Below are positions 1 to 12,927 of a stretch of 64,000 nucleotides of DNA, one piece after another. The position numbers and the translations under genes were made by a program. Source of the DNA: Camelus ferus (lineage: Eukaryota); contig NC_045696.1 of NCBI RefSeq assembly GCF_009834535.1, forward strand, positions 24,306,001-24,370,000, given 5' to 3'. The first letter of the stretch is position 1, and every line of letters begins with the position of its first letter. The notes below the pieces were generated by a model. The model did no database searches. It saw only the letters and a program-made list of their open reading frames with translations, and was not told where the DNA came from.

Positions 1-111
1 GACCAGCCTCAGTCTAACAACCTGCCACCACTTACACAGTTATTTTGTAATACTTTCAATGACTCTTTGACATTTAACTCAGGAAAGTTATTCTTTGCTT
101 TTTCTTATGCT

Positions 112-760
112 TTTTTAAAATAAATTTTTGAGCAGTTTCAGGTTTACAGAAAAATAGAATGGAAAGTACACAAATTCCCCATCTACTCCCACACTGCCAC
201 CCCCTGTGTCAGTTTCCATTATTATTAACCTCTTGCATTAGTGTGGTGCATTTGTTACAGTTGAGCAACCAATATTGATACTTTATTTTAACTAAAGCCA
301 TTAGTTTATATTGGGCCCTTAGTTATATGTGTTTTATACCCTCTATGGGTGTTGACAAATGTATGATAACATGTAACTAGTTTCACTGCCCTAAGCTCCA
401 CCCATTCATCTCTCCTACCCACCTCTGCCCTCACCAACCCCCCTTCCCGGCTCCTTGGCCACCACTGATCACCTTGTCTCCATAGCTTTTCCCGTCCCAA
501 AATGTCGTGTAACTGGAATCACATAGTACATCATCTTTTCAGGTTGGCTTCTTTCAATTAGCAATATGCTTTTAAGGTTTATGTCTCTTTGTGGCTTGAT
601 AGTTTATTCCTTTTTATCACTAAATAATATTCCGTTGTATGTATACATACCCCATTTTGTTCACCCACTCACCTATTGGAGGACATCTTGGTTGCCTTCA
701 GGTTTCGGCAATTGTGAGTAAAGCTGCTATAAACATTAGTGAGGGCTTTTGTGGGGACTT
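112..760 (-). mobile_element. LINE-1 3' end fragment (L1MC/L1MB-like), antisense
   Basis: Antisense L1 3' UTR signature (agcagtttcaggtttacagaaaaatagaatggaaagtac; ggacatcttggttgccttcaggtttcggcaattgtgagtaaagctgctataaacatt), followed by a T-rich tract at ~758-884. Confidence 0.85.
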
Positions 761-996
761 TTTTTTTTCATTTTTTTCTTTCATTAGCATTTTCCTTAAA
801 TTTTCTATATATATTTTATGCCTTTTGATTTTTTTTACATAACTTTTTTTTCATTTTTCTTTCTTCCTTTTTTTTTTTTTTTTTGGATGTATGTTTTTAG
901 AGGGCAGAGCTTACCTTCTAGTAATTCAAATTTCCCACAACTCGTGTGCTTAAGAAATGCTTAATCATCAGTTCCAAGTCCATCAGTTTCATTGGG

Positions 997-1370
997 TGTA
1001 TCACTCAGGATAGGCTAAGTTATGATGCAGTATCAAAGAACCTTAAACTGTCAGTGACTGAGAACCACAAAGGTTTATTTCATATTATTACTACGTGTCC
1101 AAGTTGAACTGGTAGTGGTCTCTTTTTCTGGTGGGGAGGGGGTGGCGTCATCCATGGTGTTGGTGCCTCCACTCTCTGGGAGTGTCACTGGTTGCCTTGG
1201 CAAAGGGGAAAGGACATGGTGAATTGAGTACTGACTTTTAAAAGACCTAACACCTCCTTAACATTACACCAACCAAAACACTGGTCTGCTTAACTTTAAG
1301 AGAGTAGGAAATGTATTCATGTACACTATGTACCTATGAAAAGAAGAATCAGAAATATTGATGAACTTTC
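997..1370 (-). mobile_element. Old MaLR LTR (MLT1K/L-like)
   Basis: tgtatcactcaggataggctaagttatgatgcagt...aaaggtttatttc is the reverse-complemented 3' end of old MLT1 LTRs. Right boundary approximate. Confidence 0.7.
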
Positions 1371-2965
1371 AATATTCAGTTTTAATATTTTTTATTAAAC
1401 TTTTAATATTCAGTTTACCTGAGCATAGAACAATGATCTTTTGATCACTAAAATCAGTTTGATTATTTTAACATTTGCCTTTGCTCTTCAGACTATAGAC
1501 AATAGTCTAGGAGATAAAATTAATGAAACGTAAGGGATCTAACAATATTCACTAATCCAAAGGAGAAGGTGTAGGTTGTCCCACAAACTCTAGAGGCTTA
1601 CTCTAAGGAAGTTAACAGGCGTCAGAGCATGAAGTCCAATACACGTTGGCAGTTGGCTCTGCGGACACTGAAGGATTCAAAACGAATGAAGATGAGTTCT
1701 GTTCACTTAGGCTCAGTATAACAATAGAGAGATGTTCACTCATGCTGTCATGTAACTGTCTATCCCTATACACTTACTGATTTTATTATTTTAGTTTGTT
1801 TATATGATTAAAGCTTTTCTTCTCTGTCCAAAATTGGATATTCCATTTGAACCTAAACACATCTTGAAAAAATTTCAATTGAGAAGACAAGTTTGGTTTA
1901 GGCCATTTCAAATCCATTTAATTGCTCTTGAATTCTTTAGCTAAACAGACAATTTTCTCTCCCCTCACCACCAGATTTGCTGGTAATTTGGGGTACCAGC
2001 ACTCATCTTATGAAAATCCTTTAGTTATTTATGGTCAGCTCTTAGAACTAGATACCCACGCCTTTACTCGTCCATCCCCAGAAACTTCTCCTCTTCCTTA
2101 TGGAAAGTGATGTCCTTGGGAAAGTCATCCCTGCTTTCCTCTCCCTCATCTATCTTGTCTCAGGATCACCATTGACACACCTAGTCCCCACCTGTGTTAT
2201 GTGAGCCTGCAGACAATGAGATTTCAAAATTACCCCTATATCCTTTCTGATGTTTCCCACTGCAAGAGAATTCTCCCATGTCCCTCCCCCAAACATTTGC
2301 ATCCCCTGTTCTTTCTTCCCTGAACATTTCCAGGCTTCTCAAGGGTTTCTAATGTTCCCTCTTCCCAACAAGTACCTGTAGAGCCACAGAGATGGAATAG
2401 AGAGAGAGGAAGAATCATCTTTCTACCACCGAGACAATGAAGGACAAGAAGATAGCAGAAGGGATTCCCCCCTAAAGGCTGCAAGTATTTTAACTGCAAT
2501 TGTCAATCCATCTCAAAGGAGAAACCATGGGAACTGTGGCACAATGGAAAACAAGACTTCAGCATCAAAAGCCTAGAATTTGAAGTTCAGATCCACCATA
2601 AACTAGTCTCAGGTTTTTGGCCTGAGAATTTGTTTAGTACCTCGTGCCCTCTGGGTTATTGCCAGGATCATGTGATGTATTGTATATAAGAATGCTGTTT
2701 AAAGTGCTATTCACATACTCTCTTTTCTTCAAAGTATGTCAGTATTTTTAATAACAATTATATTTATTCATAAAATGTATGGGGAATTCAAAGTACCTGA
2801 AGAAGAAAACAAAAATCACCCATAATTCTACCACCAATAAATACTATTTGTTATCTCCTTTAATATGAAATGCTATTACTACTTTCTTCTAATCTGCTAG
2901 TAATTATGTGTTTGTGTTTAACATTGTCAGGATTATGCTCTCTATATATATAGCTTATGGCCTTG

Positions 2966-3445
2966 TGTGGCAGTCTCTATTTCCCCATAATGGCCACAGA
3001 ATATTTCCTGGTGCCAGAACCTTGCCTCTCCATCGACACATAGTCTTCGTTTCCCTCCCTGTGTAACTGGCCAGGGCTTGCCGCTGCCTTGATCAAGAGA
3101 ATGTGGTGAAAGCGATGTTGCAGGGCTTCCAGGGCTGGGTCATGAAAGGTGATACAGCTTCTGCCTGGCTCTTACTTTTAGGACACTGTCCCTGGGAACC
3201 CAGGAAGGGAAACCCAGGTCATATGGAGAGTCTATGTGTAGGTGTTCTGACCAACAACATCAGCTGCTGGACATATGAGTACAGAAGCCCTCAGATGAGA
3301 CCAGCCTCTGAGCTGCTACAGCTGACCGTCAAGTGGAATAGAGGGACGCTGTCCCCAGCAAGCCCTGCCCAAATTACAGATTCCCACGCAAAACACATAG
3401 TATCATTATGCATTTCACTTAAATTTCATATGCACGTTTTCTCAC
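2966..3445 (+). mobile_element. MaLR LTR (MLT1F/G-like)
   Basis: tgtggcagtc...aatggccaca start and diagnostic agccctgcccaaattacagattc near the 3' end. Confidence 0.7.
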
Positions 3446-3993
3446 GTCTTTAACCACCATTCTTACATCAACTTAATATGGCTAAATGACATTCCATTAT
3501 GTGAACATTGTACAATTTATATAAACTCTTCTATATTGTTGCTTATTTAAGTTTTTCTTTCCAAACCTTTTTTATATGATACATAATGTCGCCAAAAACA
3601 TGTCTACACACACATTTTGTGTTTTGTTTTTCTTATGATTTCCATAGAGTAGATTTTTAAGAAGACAAAAGTAAACCTCAATGTACCTCAGTTACACTGA
3701 AGTAGATTTTGTGGCTCACTAGAATCAAAACTGTCCGAAGCTTCATTGTTTCTAAACTTAGAAAAGTATTCTAAGATCTGAAGTTTACAGAACTGCCTCA
3801 CAAAAATTTTAGAACACAATCCTTTTCCAAAGGAACCCTTTTCTTCACTGACTTCTGAATCACAGGGTCAGCAAAAGATTTTTTTTGAGGGTGGTTCTTT
3901 CTGTCACAGATTGCACCTCTCACCTTTGATTTCTCTTCAATGGCTTGTACCCCAGAAGAAACTTGTTTTTAGTAAAGTGATACATTCATCACC

Positions 3994-4479
3994 TATGGTG
4001 GGCTGAATGTGGCCCCCATAAGGATATCCATATCTTAATCCTGGAATCTGCGAATGTTACCTTATATAGTAAAATAAAATTTACAGAGATGGTTAAGCTT
4101 GGGTTTTTGAACTCAAGGAAGATGATTGCAGAATATCCAGACGGGTATGAAATACAATCACAAGCGTTCTTACAAGTGAAAGGCTGAGGGGAGGCCTGAC
4201 ACAGATGAAGACGAGAAGCAATGTGACCATGGAAGCAGAAATTGGACCGATGAAGCCACAAGCCACGGCATGGCAGCAGCCACCAGGAGCTGGAAGGGGC
4301 GAGGAGCCCATTCTCCCCCGGAGCCTCTGAAGGGCCTGTGGCCCTGCTGACACCTTAATTTAGCCCCAATGAACCTGACTTTGGACTTCTGATCTCCAGA
4401 GCAGTGAGAGAATAAATGACTATTACTTTAAGCCATCAAGGTTTGGGTGTTTTGTTATAGCAGCTCTGGAGAAATTACA
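3994..4479 (+). mobile_element. MaLR LTR (MLT1D/C-like), near full length
   Basis: tatggtgggctgaatgtggccccc...aatgttaccttat start, ccaccaggagctggaagggg middle, AATAAA at ~4411, tttgttatagcagc...taca end. Confidence 0.85.
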
Positions 4480-4728
4480 CGTCGCTTGCTGCTGTGTGGG
4501 AAATAGACAAAATACAAAGGAGTTCATTTTAATGCTCCAAATTCTGTTCCTCAAATATCTTCCTAGCAGGCGTAGGCGCCCGTAAACATGCACGAAGTAC
4601 ATTAGAGATCTTCGGGGGGTTATATGTGTGTGTGAAAATTTGTTAAGTGTCCAGTGTTCACTGTCCTGTGGAGAGTAATAAAGCAAAGATAAGATTCTCA
4701 TGCTTGTGGTATTTATATCCTAAGCTGG

Positions 4729-4755
4729 ACACACACACACACACACACACACACA
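4729..4755. repeat. (AC)13 microsatellite
   Basis: Perfect dinucleotide run seen directly. Confidence 0.95.
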
Positions 4756-5149
4756 TCTATATATATAAACACCTGAAGCAGAATACAGATCCCTGTGTTT
4801 CCTCAAAGTCTCCGTGAAGGTACACACTTTGAAATATGTCAGAATTCAGAGCGTATAATCATGAAAGCGTAGTTTGAATCCTCCCGCTTTGGAGATATAA
4901 CTGCAGCCCCAGAAAGGAAACTAACAAGGAGTCACAGATAATAGGGCCCCAAAGATCTCAAAGAAATAGGTTAATCTCACTGTGGATCCTAGCCATGTCA
5001 TAAAACATCAGTGTACACGAGCTTCTCTTTCCCTTCCTTGGTTAAAAATGTCCCTTTATTGTCAAGGTCTAAAAAAAGGCAAGACATAACGAATGAATCT
5101 GCAGTGATGTTTGAAAAATAGGCCCTGACACATTTGGAACATACCCACT

Positions 5150-5395
5150 GTTCAAAATCTGCCGGCTGAGAGAAGCTGACGAGAACCCCTGACGGCCCGT
5201 GGGGAGCGCCGTCCAGGTGCCCGCTACCTGCTGCCGTCAGCCCCGCCTTGGGCCAGCACGGGGCCAGAGCGGGCAGTGGCCTCTCGGCCTCCTGTGAACA
5301 CCAGGCCAGGAGGCAGCGCTGCTGCTGATACAAACATGAAGGGAACGTCGTGCTGGCTAGAGAATACGACACGGCCTCTTTTTTCCTTCTTAGGC
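5150..5395. promoter_or_regulatory. Small GC/CpG-rich island, candidate enhancer or promoter
   Basis: About 17 CpGs in ~240 bp within CpG-depleted DNA; CRE half-sites (TGACG x2, CGTCA) and GC box CCCCGCC. Confidence 0.45.
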
Positions 5396-5597
5396 ATCAG
5401 ACTTCAGTTGGGCCTCTCCAGTGATGTAAGCTTCGTCCTTTCCTTTATGAAGTGTCTTGGCTTTAGTAGTTCTTGCTTATCTCCTCATTTGGAATCAGAA
5501 AAGATCCCCACTACACAGTCTCCTATGACGCTGAGAACCAAGGCAGACTTGAAATGATCATCTCTGTTGATACACGGATTTAAAATTGAAAGGACAA

Positions 5598-5760
5598 GGG
5601 GGAGGGTTTAGCTCAGTGGTAGCGTGTGTGATGGGCATGCACTAGGTGCTGGATTCAATCCCCAATGCCTCCATTAAAATAAGTAAAAAATTGAAGACCT
5701 AATTATCCACCCCCCCAAAAAAACCCAAAAAATAAATTAAAATAAATTTTAAAATAAAGT
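5598..5760 (+). mobile_element. tRNA-Ala-derived camelid SINE (vic-1-like), diverged copy
   Basis: Pol III A box TAGCTCAGTGG, degenerate B box GGATTCAATCCC, A-rich tail with cctaattatcc, and TSD ATTGAAAGGA at 5585-5594 and 5764-5773. Confidence 0.85.
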
Positions 5761-6089
5761 AAGATTGAAAGGATCATTCTAAAGTTGTCCAAAACTTCTG
5801 CATTCCACTCCACATGGTGGATTTTAAATGTATTTATCATCCACATTTCCTTCCTGAGAGTGAGAAAAAAAAAAAAAAACTTGCCAGATTTCATTTAACA
5901 TGTATCATTGTTTATACTACAATATATTCTGAAATAAATCATTAATGTGATTATAAATAATAAAGCATAGGAAAACTTTTCTAAGGATGAAGTAAGTCAA
6001 AATGGAGCAATTGCTGCTGTAAGCCATAGACAAAGCTGCCATGATCCATGGTGTAGAGAAATTCTCATCAGGGAAAAAGCAATTAATAC

Positions 6090-7090
6090 ATCGTTCATTT
6101 AACAAAGTATTTATTACTGCCCACTCTATAACAGCATTATGTAAGGTCCCTAGAAATACAGTGAGGAGTAAGGCATATCTGTGTCTGCTCTTAAGGAATT
6201 TAAAGTCTAATTAAAGACTAATGGGAGAGACAGACTTGGTGCTCTGACAGTGTGCAGGAGGAAAACACCTAGCCCAAATCTGAGTAGCAGTCAGGCTTTA
6301 CAGAGAAAATGGTATTTTTCTGGGAATTTAGAGGATGGAAGCAGCATAAGCAGTGGTTTGAGGGTAGGAGAGAACTTAATGTGTTAAAATAACTGAAATT
6401 GAATCACAGTGCCTGAGAGATGAGGCTCTGAAGGTAAAAAGGAGATCTTTTTATATGGATCTTGTAAGCAAAGACAGTGAAATTTATTAAATGATGTTAA
6501 GCAATTTAGTAATGTGGCCCAGTTTACCCAGTAGGAAGAGTTGTCTGTAATGTACAAGACAGCAACTGGAGCTATTGTGGCAAGAGGGGATGATGGCACA
6601 GGTAATGGCAGTGAGAGTGAGGAAGCAGATGAGCAGATGATACAAGACATATTTAGGAGAGAGATTTGTCAGCCTCTGTGGTTGAGTAGGCATGGGTAAA
6701 AGAAGAGAAGGATAAATTAAGGTTTTCCAGACTCCACCAAATGGCAGAATGTTAATGAGCTCAGTTTTAGACAAATGAATTTGAGATGTCTAAATTATGT
6801 TCAAGGGAAGATATTCAGCATAGAGTTGGATAAACAAGATATTTCAGGAGAAAGATTTAGACTGAAAGTGTAGATTTGGGAGTTGTTAGCACGCAGTTGA
6901 TAATTGAAGACTTTGGTACCAAAGAGATTGCCCAGGGAACCTTGTAGATTAGGAAGAACTCTGAGAACTGTGGTGTTTTAGAGTGTAAGAAGGACAATAC
7001 CTCACAAAAGAGACTACTAGGTAGGAGAAAACTGGGAGAGTGTGCATCATAGAAGCCAAAAGAAGAGAGTGTCCAAAAAAAGATGCTGCA
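6090..7090 (-). mobile_element. LINE-2 3' region, antisense; resumes at ~7760-7800 and ~8685-8830 after nested insertions
   Basis: cattta acaaagtatttatt tail complement; tttagacaaatgaatttgagatgtc, gtagatttgggagtt and aggtcactggtgaccctgac are L2 3' motifs. Confidence 0.75.
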
Positions 7091-7091
7091 T

Positions 7092-7760
7092 TAAAAAAAA
7101 TTAAAAATAGAATTGCCATATGATTCAGCGATCTCACTCCTGGATGTGTATCTGGAGAAAACCCTAATTCAAAAAGATGCACCGTAATGTTCATAGCAGA
7201 ATTATTTATGGTAGCCAAGACATGGAAGCAACCTAAATGTTCACTGATAGATGGATAAAGAAGATGTGGAATATATATACAATGGAATACTACTCAGCCA
7301 TAAAAAAGAATGGAATAATGCCATTTGCAGCAACATGGATTGACTTAAAGGTTATTGTGCTAAGTGAAGTAATTCAGACAGAGAAAGACAAATATCATAT
7401 GTGATCACTTATATGTGGAATCTAAAAAGTGAATGAATTTATTTACAAAACAGAAACAGACTCACAGACACAGAAAACAAACTTATGGTTACCAAAAGGG
7501 AAAGGGGAGAGATAAATTAGGAGTTTGGGATTAACAGATACAAACCACTATATATAAAAATAGATAAACAACAAGGTCCTATGCTATAGCACAGGGAACT
7601 ATATTCAATATCTTGTAATAACATATAATGAAAAAAATATGAAAGAGAATATATGTATAACTGAATCATTTTGCTGTACACCAGACACTAACATAACATT
7701 GTAAATCAATTATATTTCAATTAAATAAATATATACAATAAAAATAAAAGAAAAAAGAAG
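7092..7760 (+). mobile_element. 5'-truncated LINE-1 (end of ORF2, 3' UTR, A-tail), cetartiodactyl/camelid type
   Basis: aatggaatactactcagccataaaaaagaat and gcacagggaactatattcaatatcttgtaata, with A-rich tail at ~7722-7760. Confidence 0.9.
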
Positions 7761-7869
7761 GACAGTGTTGCCATAAGTGTTGAATCCTGCACTGATTACT
7801 GATGAGCATGTTTAATACCCAAAGTGAGTCCCTCTTCCATATGGTAAAATTATTTTAAGTCATCATCAT

Positions 7870-8680
7870 GTAAAAATCAATAATCATCTTCATTTTCTTG
7901 ATTTATCCTTTAATTTTAAATTGTTGCACAATTTTAAAAAATAAATTACAGCTTTAAAGATATTAAACTTTGTAAACTAGTTCGTGTATGAATTAAAATT
8001 TGTTCTTACCAATTAAATAAATAATACTGCAAAGTTCACACCCTATTTTGCTGTTTTGATTTTAAATACGAATAAAAAGTTCTCACCTATGGGAACATAA
8101 CAATGACAGAATTAATTCAATTTCTGTTTCCTTGTCTTTACAATCTCTGTGTTGTCATGGTTTATTTGGAATCTACTGATTAAACATAGTAATATGTGTC
8201 CTGTAGGGTTGGACACACACACAATATCCAAAGCAAGCCAGAACGATTCTGAATCACTGTGGGTTTACTCTTGAAATGAGTCCATGTGTGACTGGGGTGA
8301 ACTGAAAAACTGCAGCTTCCTGAAATTAACTTTCAGGTAGAATGTGATATTTGTTAAAGAATAAATGATAAAAGTGTGCTTATTTGAATTGTGTGTACAT
8401 ACATACATACATATAACATTTTATAATATACATATCTAATCATAACTTTTAATGCAAGAGTAATAATAGCGATTACATAGAACTTTAATCGACCAAAGAG
8501 TTTTGAGGAGGAGTATTCTAAAATTGTTTGGAATTGCTGGTGCATTGCCATAATACAAAATGACCAAACTTGTCAGTTTTTATTATTGTTTTGACATTCT
8601 TTACAGACAACGCATCCCCTCATTGCCTGTACTTAATTAAGGGCAACCGCTCTCACAGCCTGGCCTTTGGTACGCTACTT
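7870..8680 (-). mobile_element. MER97-like hAT-Tip100 DNA transposon
   Basis: Reverse complement begins aagtagcgtaccaaaggccaggctgtgagagcggttgccc...aggcaatgaggggatgcgttgtctgtaaagaat, matching the recalled MER97 5' terminus (CAGTGGCGTACCAAGGG...). Left edge approximate. Confidence 0.75.
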
Positions 8681-8849
8681 GCCAAGATGGTAAGTAAAAT
8701 GAGGTCCAAGAATTACCTATGTACGCAGTCATCAGAAGGTCACTGGTGACCCTGACAACTGAGTTTCACAGGAGCGGTGGGGGTGAGGTGTATCACATTG
8801 GGAGGAGAAACCAGTAGGTGGAAAAGCTGTTGGGACGGTGACCTATCTT

Positions 8850-9287
8850 ACTGGGTCTCATTTCCTCCAACTCCCTGGTCACTCTTTATCCCTTCTCTTT
8901 CCATCCTGACTACACCTCTTTCTTTCCTAGCGTACTGAATGTTTCCATTCTTCCTTGAGCTTACCAAGACCTCCCACAATTACTCGCCTTTATACCTACC
9001 ATTCTTTCTGCTTGGGATGCCCTTTCTTCCCTTAATTCTCATCTTTGCCTCCACTACTTCTCAAAGTCAGTGATCCAGTGGAGCCTTCTTGACTCCCAGG
9101 CCAAGCGTCAGTTAGCCCAGGCTGCCCCAGCCTTCCCATTTCCCTGTCTGGAAGGGCGTGTACGACCTGGTTGTGCAACTTGTTCTGCCTGTCACATTGC
9201 CATCAGTCAGCATCACGCCTGTCAGATCTACTGGGTGGCTAACCGGGGGAAGGAAGAGTGAAATTAAACCAGTGAATGAATGAATAA
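8850..9287 (+). mobile_element. LINE-2 3' fragment
   Basis: Pyrimidine-rich L2 3' region (ttctgcttgggatgccctttc) ending in the gaatgaatgaat tail. Confidence 0.55.
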
Positions 9288-10739
9288 GGGACTATAATGG
9301 AAGGAAAGTTGAGACCTTTAGTTCTGTAATTACATGAGGTGGGTTGGTAACAATGATGAGGAATCAGTCACAGGTGATGATACTCTTTGGCAGATGATCA
9401 GCTCATTAGGAAAATCATCATAATCTTATAAATAAAACCAGTCAATATGTGGTCCTAACTCAGCCCTTTCAGCTCTGGATGCCTCCCCTCTACTAGGATT
9501 TCCCCGGCTATTCTGTTGTTCTCCGGCATTATAACCAAGAGGGACATTTTAATTCTGTAGGTGAAAGGAAGCGAGGCCAGGTTTCTGCCCGAGCAGTTTT
9601 GTCAGCTCAATCTCAAAAATCAGTTGAGCAAAGCAGGAGTTATTGTTGCTTTAATCTGCCCTCCTTGCCCAGGAAAGGCTCCGCTGGGTTTTCAAAATGA
9701 ATGATTCAGATGCATCTAAAGTGTTTACATTTGTTTGGGAAAGATTGAGATTTCAGGATGTAATTTGATAGGTACCTTTCCCCCATTACCCCAGCCTCTC
9801 TTTTCCTGTTCTTTGTTACATGTTCAGTGACATGAAACCAGGTGGCACTTGACTCTCTGAATAGCTCCCCGCTGGCCATTGTCAGTTTCAAAGTCAATCA
9901 TTTGCCTCAGGTCAGGAAGGAAAACTGAGTTGTGACGACATTTCCTGCTTCAGACTTAAGGCTTTCCTCTGCTCTCCCTTCACTAGTTTCTTAGTACATT
10001 TTGTTGCTGTTGTTATTGTTAAATTTAAAATGGGATTTTTCTATGTCTGGAGCATAGACAATGCAAATTGGAAAGATTTGCTGATAAGGGAATTGCTGGA
10101 GGCTGGTGCCCTGGATGCAAAATTGGGCTCTTTATTCTGAGCATTTGTGTTCAGCCTGTGCCAGTGGAGGTCCCCACCTACTTCTGCTGATTCACTCTGC
10201 CTCCAACAGGAGTCATTTCAATATTTGCAGTACAGTCCTCCTCAGTGAGTTCAGTTGAATGAACAGTTGAATAAATAGTAAAAGAATCCATTTCTGTGAC
10301 AGCACAGTAACGTTCAATAAGACCTTTTTAAGCATGGTAACCTTTGTGACTTTTTAAATATTAGAAAATCTTAACAATGTGCAGCTGGTGAGTGAATGCC
10401 TTTTTGATAATTGAATATTTTTCTGGGATACAAAGCTCTGGATTTAACAGCTGTCCAGTCAATAGTCAAAGCTATACTCAGTTGTGTCAACACTGACCTT
10501 TTCTTATCCGATTTTCCTCCTGATTTTGTTGATAAGTGTGTCAGCACTCTTTCACTACAGCCTATCCAAATCTGGAACAAAGTTTTGTTACTTACTAGCA
10601 ACACAGCTTGACTTGGACATAACAAGGCCATGATGAGGACAATAAGGATCTTGTTGTTTGGTGATAACAAATTGCTACTTGGTGATATTTTTCAAGGCAG
10701 GATACCCATGCTGAAATGAAATTTGGGTAATATAATGAT

Positions 10740-10866
10740 GGAACAGAAAGATCTCAGTACCAGTCCTGTTTGGCCCTTAAAGCTGCCACGTGACCTAGAA
10801 AAATCAATGAACGTCTCTGGGCCTCAGTTTCTTCATGATTATAATGAAGACATTGGATTAGATCAC
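10740..10866 (+). mobile_element. MIR/MIR3 SINE fragment
   Basis: MIR core gtgacc...ctctgggcctcagtttcttcat...ttggattagat. Confidence 0.65.
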
Positions 10867-11304
10867 TGATATTCAACTGTATCCCTAAAAGCCCCAAATC
10901 CTTTCAGGAGATATTATGTGACATAAAGTTTGTTATTCTGTGTCTTTTCAGCAGTATACATTTCCTTAAGTGTTGGTATAAAATTTCGCCATAATTCTAC
11001 TTTAATGTATAAGTGATCAGTTTGAATTTTATCACTACTTATGATGGAGTTGATATTCTGTCTTTCATGCCCAACCCAATCCCCATTCTCAACCTTATAA
11101 TGTCTTTCTGATTTGGCTCCTCTTATCCAAGGACAAACTCAAGAACTATCTTCTATGTTACTTCTATTAATTTATCAGCTCATGTAAATTGTTTCTTTTC
11201 TCTGAGCCTAAATGAAATAAACACTTTGTGTCTCCTTTGGCACAGTTTTATTTTCCCTGTGTGTTACTCTAGGCTCAGAAAGTCAAGTTTCACAAGAGCG
11301 TGAC

Positions 11305-11775
11305 TGTGGCAGCCGTTTAATTGCCTCCCCAGTATCCTTTTCCTCTTAGGCACAACTTAATGGATCCCCGGGCTATGTTCTCACCTGAAGCTGGTGATTC
11401 ATGATTGGTCTAAATTAATTATGGAAACCTTGTTCCCCTTTCTCAGGCTCCCTACAGCTGAACGTGACCCTATGACCCAGTTCTGACCAGTGAGATTTAA
11501 GCCAGTAGAAGTCTATAGGGGAGATTAAGGGAAAGACAGCTTTTGTTCTCTTGGAGAGAGCTGTCCTTCTCCCTTTGTCTTTCTTCCTGCCTTGACCACA
11601 GATAGATGCTTCGATTAGCGGCAGCCATATTGCAAATACAAGGCAACCAAGACAAGGAAAAGACAAAGGAATTCTCAAAGAATTAGTGCCCTGACCTTGT
11701 TAAATGAAAAAACCATTGACATCAACTACCTCTGCAGTTTCATTTTGTGAGAAAATTTTAATTAGTGGTTAGAAT
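11305..11775 (+). mobile_element. Old MaLR LTR (MLT1I/J-like)
   Basis: tgtggcagcc start and tgacccagttctgaccagtgagatttaagcc...agaagtc motif. Confidence 0.6.
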
Positions 11776-11784
11776 TTCAAATTC

Positions 11785-12590
11785 ACTTATTCATTCAGCA
11801 AATATTTATGATATACCTATAATATTCCAAATGCAGTACATGAAAAACATTAGTAAACGAAACATAAAAAATCCTTCTCCTCACAGAGTTTACATTCTAC
11901 TGGGGAAGACAAGACAGAAAATTAGTAATATCCATAATAAATAAGAAAATTGTATATACTGTTAGAAAATGCTCAGTGTTATGGAGAAAAGAAAGAACAG
12001 GATATGTGGACTTAGAAGTCCAGGTTTAGGGGTCAGATAGGGTTGCAAACAGGATGGTAGGAGTTTGAGAAGGTGACATTTGAGGAGAGACTTGAAGGAG
12101 GGAGCGATTTAGTCTTGTAGTTGTCAGGGGGAAGACAGTTCAGACTCAGGGTGTGACCAGTGCATCGATTCTCAGGTGAGAGCAAGCCGGGTCCACCCAA
12201 AGAACCACAGGGAGACCAAGTGTGGCTGGAGTGAAGTGAGCAAGGGGAGAGGTGTGTGCACGTGTGGGTAGATCGTGCAAACCTTGTGGTCTTTGTAAGG
12301 ACTTCACCTTTTTTTTCCTGGGTGAAATGAGTAGCCATTTGAACATTTTGTGCAGAATTACAATATGGTCTGACTTTCCTGTAACTAGATGACCTGACCT
12401 GCTCTGTTAAAAGTAGACATAGGGGAAAGCAAGTGAGGAAACAGGGAGGAGAGTTAGGAGGCCCATTAAGAAAAATGACTCTTGCTTGGATAAGGATGGT
12501 AGCAACAGAAGTGCAGGTTGGAGTTTTCTTCTTCTTCTGAACATATTTTCAAGGCGGAGACAAGATTTTTGAATGGATTTGAGTGAAAAT
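11785..12590 (-). mobile_element. LINE-2 (L2a-like) 3' region, antisense
   Basis: attcattcagcaaatatttat tail complement; gagaaggtgacatttgagg; gaccaagtgtggctggagtgaagtgagcaagggg. Confidence 0.8.
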
Positions 12591-12671
12591 TATCAAGCCC
12601 AGTCAATTTAGGATAATTAAATACACATTAACAGCAAAATAAGTATCACTAAATATAAAATTCTAGTTTCT

Positions 12672-12927
12672 TAGCAGATACAAGCTACTATATATAAAAT
12701 AGATAAACAGCAAGGTCCTACTATATAGCATAAAGAACTATATTCAATAGCTTGTAATAACCTATAATGAGAAAGACTATGGCAAAGAATATATATACAT
12801 ATACACATATATATATATATGTGTATATATATATATATATAAAACTGAATCCCTATGCTATACACCAGAAACTAACATGACATTGTAAGTCAACTGTATT
12901 TCAATAAAAAAGAAATTTTCTTTAAAC
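12672..12927 (+). mobile_element. Short 5'-truncated LINE-1 3' UTR with TSD
   Basis: Same 3' UTR family as 7092-7760; perfect 11-bp TSD TTCTAGTTTCT at 12661-12671 and 12928-12938; internal TA-rich microsatellite. Confidence 0.9.

Noticed and set aside
8738..8753. ERE-like AGGTCA-CTGG-TGACCC
   Set aside because: Spacer is 4 rather than 3 nt, and it is ordinary L2 consensus-type sequence.
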